Below are positions 24,771 through 34,981 of a DNA stretch of 64,000 bases, in pieces. Made by a program: the position numbers and the translations under genes. The notes beneath the pieces are model-generated. The model did not search any database and was not told the DNA's origin. It was given only the letters and a program-made list of their open reading frames with translations. Position 1 is the stretch's first letter. Each line of letters begins with the position of its first letter. The DNA is from Camelus ferus. Its lineage: Eukaryota. Location of the stretch: positions 64,666,001 through 64,730,000 of the forward strand of contig NC_045705.1 in NCBI RefSeq assembly GCF_009834535.1, given 5' to 3'.

Positions 24771-25470
24771 GGTTTATAAGGCTAGGAGAAAGGGCAGGAA
24801 CCAGGTCTCTGGGATGAGCTGGCTGAGGGCTGGATTTAGGGGAGGGGACAGCCTCATCCGGGTTCCTCCCAGGTCTCCCACCTGTGGGCTGAGAGCAGAT
24901 GGAATCCCTGTGATCAGGCCAGAGGGATGGTGGGACCTCTTGTCTGCACAGCTTCTGCTTGGTAAGCAGTTTCACCTGCCAAGGTGCAATCAGCACCTCG
25001 GAAATGCCAGCTCCAGGACAGAGAGGAGCCAGACAGACCCCGTCCCAGCCCTCAGGAAGCTCCCAGCTAGCGAGGACTGCTGGCATGGTGTCAGTGCTCT
25101 CTGGCCAGACAGACCACCATGGCCCCTTTTCAGATGAAGAGAGAGGGGCAAAGGGGTGGAGATCTTGAGGACATCTGGCTTCTCTCTGCCTGGAGAAGGG
25201 GGTCTTCAAACAGGAAGGGGACTCATGCATGTCTCTGTGGACCCTGGAGGGCACATAAGTGTGTGCAGTGGGAGGAGAGGGGAGGCCTGGCCAGCACCCA
25301 TTACCCTCTGGGCCACAGAGGCAGGCCCAGATTTGCAGAAGGGGCTGCAGAAAGGTCTTTCTCATACAGGGTCCCCCTTTCTGTCTACAGATCTGAAGGA
25401 GACCTTCCTAGAAAGGGGGGCCTGACAAGGGGGGATGCTGGAGATCTTGTGGGCGGAGAGGGAGGAGACA

Positions 25471-25635
25471 GTCATTTGTTGAGCATCTACTCCGAGTTCA
25501 GCGCTGTGCCAAGTGTTACGTTACCCAGCCCACTGAGTTCTCACAAGAACCCTGAGAGCAGGCAGCAGCACCCCCACTTTACAGATGCAGAAATGGAGGC
25601 ACGAATTGGTGAAGTCACTGGATTTGCACACAGGC
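25471..25635 (-). mobile_element. MIR SINE
   Basis: catttgttgagcatctac...ctcacaagaaccctgagag...ctttacagatgcagaaatggaggc. Confidence 0.65.
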
Positions 25636-28594
25636 GGGTCCAATCCCAAAGCCAGTTCTCTTTCCCCTGTGCCACCCCTGGGCCACAGCTGCGCACACGG
25701 CTGCCGGCTGCCTCCCCAACGCCGGTCTGGAGGGGCAGCCCAGCCCCAGCCTTGGCTCAGCCCTCCTGGGACAGCCATCCCTCCTCCTGATCTGTGAGCC
25801 ACAGCATGATCTGCTAATACCAGGCTGCGTTATGTACAATTGCAAACCCATTACAGCCCTGCTTTCCTAATATATGACAGACTGTCACAGCCCCCAGGAA
25901 CGCTGCGTTTCTGAGCACTGTCCACCCACAGAATCACTCATCCTCTCATATGGGGGCCAGCAAAGGGGCAGAGGCATCTGGGCAGGGTGACCTGCTCCTT
26001 CTGCCCTGAGGTGGGGCAGCTGGGGGCCCCTGCCAGCCCAGTGGTGTGCCCCTCACTGCCCAGATCAGCTCCTGGCCTGGATTCTTCTGATACTTAGAAG
26101 CTACTTAGGGCTCTGTCCAGATAGTCACCAATAGGTGAGAAGGGCCTGAGGAGTGGGACCTGGCACTGCTCCCTGATGCCAGGCCTGGCTAGGGGGCACC
26201 TGAGCTGCACACCTGGATAGGGGAGAACCAGGGCAGGCCTCTCTCTAGACAGCCACCTGGTGCTGTCTGGAAGGGGCAGCAAATGCTCCAGACCCAGAGA
26301 TGCTGTGAGGACACCAGGGAGGGGGCAGCAGCGGAGCCGGCAGCTGTTGGGTGTAGCGGGCAGGGCCCTGTAATTGGGCGGCCTGTTCGCAGATAAGGCC
26401 GATGACACTGAACAGCTTCCTGCTCCATGCGGGCTGTGGCCGCTCATTTCCTGCTCCTGCAGCCGGCGATGCCAATTACCTCGCCTCCTGCTCGCCAGCG
26501 GCGGCTTCTGGGGCTGCCAGACGAACCCTCTGTCATCGGCCAGGCCTGGATCCTCTCTGGAGAGCGGGAGGGCGGTGGTGGGGGGTCATACTGGGCATGG
26601 CTAGAGGTAGAGGTGTGACACACAGACCCAGGCCACCCTGGGAAAGCCCCACTTCTTTCCTGTCCCCCACCCAAAATGGGTTCACTGTTTGCTGAATGGG
26701 CAGAGGAGCTGGTGAGTGGGCGTGTGAACAGAACAGAGAGCTTTGCCCACTCTGCGCTTTCCAGCAGCCTTGCCCTCCTCTCCCTCAGTCCTGAGCCCCG
26801 CAAGAGACCCTGGAAATGTCACTGAGCCCCTTGGGACCTCCTCTGTAAAGCGAGGTGATAGAGGCAGTGAGATGAGACCTCAAAGCGGAGGTGCGCTCCT
26901 GCTTTAGTGCCACACACTCAAATCATGCTCCTAGGATGAGGATGGGCACCTACCTGGGGGAAGAGGGAAAGGGGCAGCCTGTCTGAAAGGGCAAAGTTTG
27001 GCTCCAGACTCCCATCACCCCTCAGGGGAAGTGGGAGAAGCATATAAGAGGTGTGGGCTGTGAGGAGGGAAACTGCAGGTTCCTGCTCCACTTGGGGTGG
27101 GCATGTCCGGCCACTGATTTGGCGGGCAGTGAGCACCTGTCTCAAGAGGAGTGCCACAGAGCTGGCTGCTTGCAGGGGCTGGGAAGGCTGGATGGGGAAG
27201 GTGGCTTTACCTGTTCTGAGGGGGCATTCCCAGGGCCTTTCATGGCTGGACTGTGAAGGCTCTGGGTTCCCCAGGCCATACCTGCCTGCAAGGCACCCCC
27301 ATTCTGATTGGGGGAACAGGTAGCATAGATGCTGTAGGCAGGGAGGCGGCTGTGCCTGGATAGGGGGCCTATGGGGGCAGCCCTGCGGTGATGCAGCTAG
27401 GGGAACTGAGGCCCAGGCCCAGAGAAGGGTAGATCACCCACCTCCTCCAGGCTGAATCAAATCAGGGCCTTCCCTCCCAAATCTGGGTCTTCCCTCTACA
27501 AGGTGTTTCCCATGCGCATTTTGAGGTGGAGCCCAGGCGAGCTTGACCTCGGCAGGTCCACCCCTAGGCACTGACTGGTTGCCTTTCCCACTCTGACCCA
27601 ACAGAAGGGGAACCTGAGCGGCCCAGGGGGCAGGATTCCAGACCCCGCTCCCCCTTCCGGCTCTGGGTTAGGGGGGTGCTCAGGTGGCCTCTCAGGTTGG
27701 GAAGGACAGCCTAGGCAGCACAGGGATGGCTAGGGGCCCCCTCCCATCTGGCGGGGGGTAGCGGGTGACCAACTCCCTAAGGGGNNNNNNNNNNNNNNNN
27801 NNNNNNNNNNNNNNNNNNNNNNNNNNNNNNNNNNNNNNNNNNNNNNNNNNNNNNNNNNNNNNNNNNNNNNNNNNNNNNNNNNNNNNNNNNNNNNNNNNNN
27901 NNNNNNNNNNNNNNNNNNNNNNNNNNNNNNNNNNNNNNNNTCAGTCAGCCTGACAGCTCCCCACGCGGGCATTGATCACTGCCACCGCCACCCAGGAGGC
28001 CCAAGCGCAGCGCAGCAAGGAGCTCTCCATCTCTGCGCAGGCAGACTGCGCCGGCCCTGCCCCTGTCTGGGCCTCAACTTTCTCATCTGTCAAGTGGGGG
28101 CAGGAGTCCAGGAGAGCTGTCAGTCCTTTAAAAATCCTTAATTGACTTTATTTCTGGAACCCCAGTGTCCTAGGTGGGTGCAGAAGGCATTTGGAGCCTG
28201 AGAGCCCAGTGCTGTTCACCCCAAGTCTGTGTCCCCAGGATGCCCTGTGTCTATCAGTGGTGTGGCTACAAGGTTAGAGCTGTGTGTGCCTGTGAGTGGG
28301 GATCTGGAGAAGACACCAGCTTGGCGATACCCTGGGAGGTGGCCCCTCCAGTCTGAGGAACAAGAGTGGGTCCTCAGACTTGTGAGACTCAGGGCAAGGC
28401 TTGTCTGGGCTATACTTCATCCTTTCATTCATTCAGCAACTTGCGGGCTTGTGCTCTGAGCGGGACCCAGTGTTTCCTTCCTCAAAAAATGCAGGACTTG
28501 AGCTGCCTCTCGAAGGCACAGTTTTGGAACCCTGCAGACCCCAGGTCGCCCCCGTTCCCCTCTACGAGTGTGGGCGGTGGTCTGAGCCCTCCTG

Positions 28595-29110
28595 GCAGGT
28601 GTGTCAGCCCCGCCCCGCCCCGCCTGCAGGGCTTGTTTGCATATACATGATCTGGGCGGGCATGCGCACAGCGTCGGGGCGGGCGCCGGGGCATCCTCAA
28701 CCTCGGCCTGTTCCTCCCTTTTCTTCATGGAAAGGGCCGGCGTCCCTCCACCNNNNNNNNNNNNNNNNNNNNNNNNNNNNNNNNNNNNNNNNNNNNNNNN
28801 NNNNNNNNNNNNNNNNNNNNNNNNNNNNNNNNNNNNNNNNNNNNNNNNNNNNNNNNNNNNNNNNNNNNNNNNNNNNNNNNNNNNNNNNNNNNNNNNNNNN
28901 NNNNNNNNNNNNNNNNNNNNNNNNNNNNNNNNNNNNNNNNNNNNNNNNNNNNNNNNNNNNNNNNNNNNNNNNNNNNNNNNTTGCCGCCGACCGCCCTTCC
29001 TTCACGCTGTGCCTCCGTCGCCGCCCCCAGCTGGAGGTGAGGGTCCTTCTGCTAGAAGAGAGGAGTGGGCCTGGACTCCTCGGACCCCGCTGAGCCTCGG
29101 GGCTTCGGGT
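28595..29110. promoter_or_regulatory. Third CpG island (candidate alternative promoter)
   Basis: GC boxes (ccccgccccgcc, gggcgggg), an NRF1-like GCATGCGCA and CpG enrichment on both sides of N gap 28753-28980. A smaller CpG-rich patch lies at 27950-28060 next to another gap. Confidence 0.6.
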
Positions 29111-29613
29111 CCCTCTTTGCCGACATGAGCTTTCTAAGTCACCTGCTTCTGACACTGTAGCCAGAGCCTTGTTCGAAATGCATGGTCCAGGGTGCCACCC
29201 CCTACTTGCTGGATTGAATTATCTGTGGGTGGGGTCCTGAGGTTAAAACACCTCCCTCTGGACCCAATGTAGGCAGCCAGGGTACTTTTGGGAGCATCCC
29301 TCAGGGGAATATCAAGTTCCAACTTTACTTTTCAAAGGAGTAAATGAGAAACTCTTGTACTTGACCCCACTGTCTCATTTCTACTTCCTTCTGTTGGCTA
29401 ATTTTCCAAACATATATTGTCTTGCTCAAGCCTCTGACTTGTCCACCCACCACCTATGAGGCTAAAAGAAACATCAGAGATTTCAGCCAATTCAGCTTAG
29501 CCTCCTCCTGCACTCTGGCACCCAAACTGGAGTGAGTATGAGATTCTTGTAACAACTGGGTCAGCGTTTACTGAGCCCCCACCCTGTGCAGGCACTGTTC
29601 TAGGCACTGTGGT

Positions 29614-29706
29614 TGGAGCCACACTGACAGATACTGACATTTGATGAGACTGACAAATGCTGGGGGTGGAGCCACACTGACATACTGACAATTGATGAGA
29701 TTGACA
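29614..29706. repeat. 53-bp-period imperfect tandem duplication inside an antisense L2-like fragment
   Basis: tggagccacactgaca(ga)tactgaca(t/a)ttgatgaga(c/t)tgaca starts at 29614 and again at 29667. Confidence 0.9.
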
Positions 29707-29861
29707 CCATATCTGGAAGAGGGCAGGGCTCCTGCCCCACCTCTCAGCTGAGAGGGGATAAGATGGTGTGAGGGCTCAAACACTGAACTGCAGTCTCCAT
29801 TCAAATGAAGCCTTTCAGAAAGCAATGCAGGCAGCGGACAGGCCACCGACGAAGGAGCAGG

Positions 29862-30047
29862 GTGAATTCGGGCTGTGTGCCGTTGGGCTGATCACTTTAC
29901 CTCTCTGTGCCTCAGTTGCCTCATCTGAGCAGGGTGGAGAGTGATACCAGTGCACTCATAATAGGGTGAATATTGGCTGCAGGACTTCATGATTATAGAA
30001 CACCTAGACAATTGCCTGTTTATGGGAAGTGCCACACATATGTCAAC
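29862..30047 (+). mobile_element. MIR SINE
   Basis: ctgtgtgccgttgggctgatcactttacctctctgtgcctcagttgcctcatctg. Confidence 0.7.
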
Positions 30048-31534
30048 TAAAACCACAGCCCATATGTAAACCAGGTATCAGGGAAGCCCAAGGAATGAAG
30101 GAGGGAGAGGAGGAAGACTTCCGGGGGAGGTGATGTGCTTTTCTTGAGGACGAACTCCTGTTCGTAGAGGAGTGGGGGAAAGGCAGTCTCAGGGCCCCAA
30201 GAAGCCTCCATTACTGGCCGGCAACCCTCCTGGCAGCTTCCTCCCCCTCCGCTCACTGAAGCTCACGTGGGAATAAAACCTCCTCTAGAGGAGAGAAGAA
30301 TGGGTGACATGGGTGTGTGCACTGGAGGGGGCGAGAAGTGGGGGGTGGCAGGGACAGGCCTCAGTGTGTGCTGAAACCTGGCCCCCCTGACGGGCGCTGT
30401 GCTGGTTCTCGCCCGGCTGTCAGCCAGCAATCATGTTTAATAAAGGCCCCAAATTAGACAGCCGAGCACAAGTACCTTCGGTCTAACAATGCAATTAGCA
30501 CAGACAAAGCCTCCCGCTTCCTCCCTGTCCCCAGAGAGGGTGGCGGAGGGCAGGGGACAAGCTGGGCCCACCCCAGCGAGCTGTGGAGAGGTCTGAAAAG
30601 GAACCAGTGATAGACGAATAGGTGACAATGAATCGCATCCGAGTGACGGCTCCTCTTGTTGTCAGGCAGCCGCGGGGAGAGAGCGCATCTTCCTGGATCT
30701 TTGTAGGTTATCTGGCTTTGCACAGGGACACCCGCACAAACCTGACGTCTCTTCCTCTCCGAGCCCCTCAATCTCTCCAAGCCCCTCTATCTCTCCCTCT
30801 CTCTCCTGCATCTTCTCTCTGGTCTTCTGAGGACAGACGCACGCAGGCTGGGTTTACATGAATAAAACATCAGTGAAGGGGGAAAAATCCCAAACTGCAC
30901 AGCCCAGGCTTGGGGACAGAAAGCCAGCAAGCAAGCGATGTTGCCAGTGCCACGTGCAGCCCTGCATGTCCTGGGGGTGGATGTCTCACCAGGGAGGGCC
31001 TGCTTGTTCAGGGTAGACCTGTCCATTGCCTCTGGCCCCACAGGGAGGGGGATATGGGGTCTGGGAGGCCGATCGATGTCCGTGCTGGGGCTGGGGCCCC
31101 GGAGTCCTGACTCCTCAACCTTTCCCTCCCAGCACTGGGACAAGCAGTCTTTTTTCTCTTGGTCAAAGAGCCAGAGGCCTGAGGCCCTGCCCCGGCTGGG
31201 CATGCGGGGTCGGGTGTATGTGTATATGACACTTGGCCCTCACCTGTGACCCGCCTGCTGGATCTGGCTTCTCCTCTCCAGCCCTATTAAAACCCAGAGC
31301 GCGTCCTGACAGCGTTAGAGCGGGGTGCTGAGGGAGGAGCCTCTGGCCAGCTATTAGACAGCACGGAGCAGGGAGCTATCTCAGCAATCCCCTCCCCTCT
31401 CCCTGGCCTCCCAGCAGGCAGCCAGGCCTGGCTCCCACTGCCCAGCGAAGTCTGGCAGAGGGGGCTGCCGGCCAACACCTTGGGCACTCAGTGGCCAGGA
31501 ACTTAAGAGTTTTACAAAGACCTTAGTCATAATT

Positions 31535-32090
31535 CGTGTTCATTCATTCATTCACTGACTGCCTCCAGAGCCTACCTAGGACATGCCAGGCAGGAGGGAC
31601 ACCATGGCCACTGAGACAGACTCAAGTCCTCCCCTCCCCTCCTCCCCAGCGCAGTCTAGTGAGGGGACAGGCCAGAAATGGGGCAGTTATGGTGCCAGGG
31701 ACATAAGCCATGTTGAAGGAAACTGGAATAGGCACCTGACCCAGACTGGGGGGCCTCAGAAAGGCTTCCCAGAGGAAAAGTGAGCTGGTCTTGGGCCTGG
31801 AGATGAGGTGGTGGTGGCAAAGGAAGGGGGTGCAGGATGGTGTTTCAGGAGAAAGGCTGGGCTAGGAGAGGCTGAGGAGCTAAGGTGCTGTGGTCAAGAT
31901 TGAGGGGAGCGTTAGGTGTGTGAGAGGTGAGGTGGAGGGCAACAGGTTCCGGCAGGGGTGGTGGCAGGCCATGGGCAGGAAGCTGAGCTTTGTTCAGGGC
32001 TGGCTGGGGTCTTGGACAGCTGTAAGCCAGGGTCTGACATGGTCAGATCTGCCTTTTAGGAAGATTTCCCTCCCTCTCCCCTTCTTCCCT
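31535..32090 (-). mobile_element. L2 LINE fragment (antisense, with 3' tail)
   Basis: ttcattcattcattcactgact...cagactggggggcctcagaaaggcttcccagagga...ccagggtctgacatggtcagatctgccttttaggaagat. Confidence 0.7.
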
Positions 32091-34919
32091 TCCCAGACCG
32101 AATATTCACGGAGGCTGCAGTAAAAGTGGCAGGGTGTGTGCTTGTCCTGAGCTAGAGAAGGTTTAAAAGATAAAAAGGAGAGAGTCCACCTTCCCTCGAT
32201 GCACAGCCAGCTGAGTGGGAGAAGGACGCAGCAAGGTTCGCCCCAGCTTCACGAGAACACAACTCATTCTGTCTCAGGAAGGCTTTCCAGAGGAGGTGAC
32301 CTCTGGGTGGGCCTTAATGGATGAATAGGAGCTTGCAAAGTGGCTATTAAGGTGTATTCAAAGTGTTATTCTCCTTTGGAGAGGTCTGCCTCCAAGCTGG
32401 GGATGTGGTGAGGCTGAATGCTTCCAGGTGCTTTTGAGCACTTTGACCCACTTCATCCTTACAATGCTCCTCTGAGGACCCATTTTACAGAAAGGCTGCT
32501 TCACTGTAAAGCAAATGGCCAAGGATCACACAGCTGGAAAGCAGCAGAGCCGGGATTTGGACCCAGGCATCCAACGACAGTGCCCACACAGACACCCAGG
32601 GTGCCCTGCTGACCCCGTGCACAGGAGGGGTCTGTATTGAAAGCCTGCTGTGTTGGGCCCCTGCCAGGCACTGCGGAGGAGGGACCAGAGCACCACCAGC
32701 ATCCCGGCCCTCCTCCCCCAAGCTGGGTGGACCCTGCGAGACTGTGTGAGGTGTCCAGTGACTCCCAGTGATCAGTGTTGTGGCCCATCCAGGGGCTCGG
32801 CAGCTCCCCAGGAGACCTGAGCAGAATGGAAGTGTCCTGTTTCCCCAGAGCAGGCCTGGAGGTCGGGCGGGCAGGGTAGTGGGGGTGGGAGGCCAGAGCG
32901 CCCACCTGTAGGAGCAGTCGCTCCAGAAGGCGGGCAGGGAGAGCCCGCTGGCCTGATTGGCACAGCAGCTTCAATAACAGGACACCTGGCAGCCTCCCGG
33001 CTGCTTGTCTCCCCTGGAGAGCAGTGAGGGGAAGTCCATTATCGGGCAAAAAGCAGCTGCTGACGTGCAAATGAAATATAGGTTCAATACCTGTGCCTTT
33101 CGACTCACAAATCATGTCCCCAGCCCAAGTGACAGCCGGCACAGATGCCGGCTCAGCTAATGGAATGAGAGGGGACAGACCTCATTCCCCAAATCCCCAG
33201 CAAGTCTCCCTGGGGCTCAAGTACCCAAAGGGGAGACCAGGCTCTGGCTCCCTGCTGCCCTCAGCGGGTGACACGCAGATGTGCCTGTGGCTCTTGCACT
33301 CACATCACCTGGTGTCCCCAGAGCGGGGAGCAGAGGGGGGAAGGAGCTGCCCCAGCCAGCGGCACTGGACACATCCTGCGGGGGGCCTGGCAAGTCCCGC
33401 TTGGGAACTTGGGGGTGGCTCCAGGCTGTTTGCCTTCTAGACTGCAGGTGGCTTGCCACCCCCGAACTCCTCAAAAAAACGAGCACCGAGGGGGTCCGGG
33501 AGGAGCTAAACGGCCCACTTCCTGTTCTTGTCCATTTAGCCAGCGTTCTCTCGACTTTTACTAGTGGGCTGGCAGTGAACTCATCCCCGTTACAATGCAC
33601 TCAGGGACCCTGACAACTAATTTAATTTAAAACAGCCTTGCAATAAAAGCTCAGAACGGAAAATCGCCGAGTCTTGGGGGTTATTTAACAAATTGCCTCA
33701 CAGATAAATACATTAAAATGATTCTCAAACCAGAGTTGTGTGAAGTTAAAGTAAAATTAAGAAAGTTGAATCAAAATGTAAATTAATGGCGTTGAGATAC
33801 TGCGTTTGAATTGGCAGGAGTCATGCATGCAAAGGGAGTGTTGGCAAGGGCTCTGCCTTCTGTTCAGGTGACGTGGCGCCTCCAGGCAGTGCCAGAAACC
33901 CCTTCCATACCAGGCATTGGGGAGCTGGGGGCAAGGTGGCCCTGACCCCATGCAGCACCCACGTGGCCCACCCTTCCACCTTGGGGGACACTTACACAGA
34001 CTGGCCCCAGCAGGGACCCTGGCTGGCTTGCTCCCTGCCTCCAGCCCAGTTCCCGGCATGCCCCAGCCATTGCAAAATGGAGGTACCCACCACACCTGTG
34101 TTGGCAGGTGGCAGCAAGAAATAAAGAAGCTGGGCATATCAAGGCCTGGCACAGAGTGGGGCCTGCCATAAGCCTGAGGTCCTAGGATGATGATGGTTAT
34201 CACTTTTGCACCTATTTATTGCTGAATGAATGTCAGAGCAGCCTGCAAAGCTGGCAAGGCCAGCATTCCCATTTGATTAACAAGTAAACTGAGGCCAGGG
34301 AGGCAGAGGTGGAAATGGGAAGGGCTCGACACACTGAGGGCTTTTGCCTCAGTCTCTTCCAGCCAGCACGGAGGGTCCTAATTACACTTCTCTGTCTGTG
34401 TCTCTCTGTTTCTCTCCCCACTGAGGGCAGAGAAGCCAGGGCTGAGCCGGCTGCCAGCCTGGTGCCAGGATAAGGGGCTCAGATCCCGGCTGCACCCCTG
34501 TGGGCATGCTCACCCCCACCATGGGCCTCTGTCCCTGAGCAGCCCTCCCAGCCTGGCCAGGGTCAGCCTCTGGGCTTGGTTGGAGGGGCTGAGAACTGTA
34601 GGGGACTTGGTGGGAGATGGGCAACCACGTAACCCCCCTTCCTCCAGGCTGGAGTGGCCCCAGGTGCTGACAGGCAGCGTTGGGAACATTATCTGGAGCT
34701 GCCTTTCTTGACAGTACCATGAGCTAATCAGTCTGGGAGGGAAAAGAAGAGGGAATCCCCAGGGGATAGTGGCAGGGAGGGGTGAGGAAGGAGGGAGCCT
34801 AGGAGACAGAGCGGGGCGGGGGGGGGGGGGGGTTGGGGGGTGTGAGAGAGCCACTCCTCCCCCAGCCTGGGATTGCGGGTGGTCCAGAGAGGTGGAGGGA
34901 GGGGGAACAGGAAGGCACA

Positions 34920-34981
34920 GTGCGTGTGTGTGCGTGTGCGTGCGTGTGCGTGTGCGTGCGCGTGCGCGCGTGTGTGTGTGT
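34920..34981. repeat. (TG/CG)n alternating purine-pyrimidine microsatellite
   Basis: tgcgtgtgtgtgcgtgtgcg...cgtgcgcgcgtgtgtgtgtg: perfect alternation over about 62 bp with 11 CpGs. Confidence 0.95.

Noticed and set aside
27730-29155. ORFs spanning gaps at 27.8 kb and 28.8 kb (also those at 41.8 kb and 55.5 kb)
   Set aside because: Their length comes from X runs across the N gaps.
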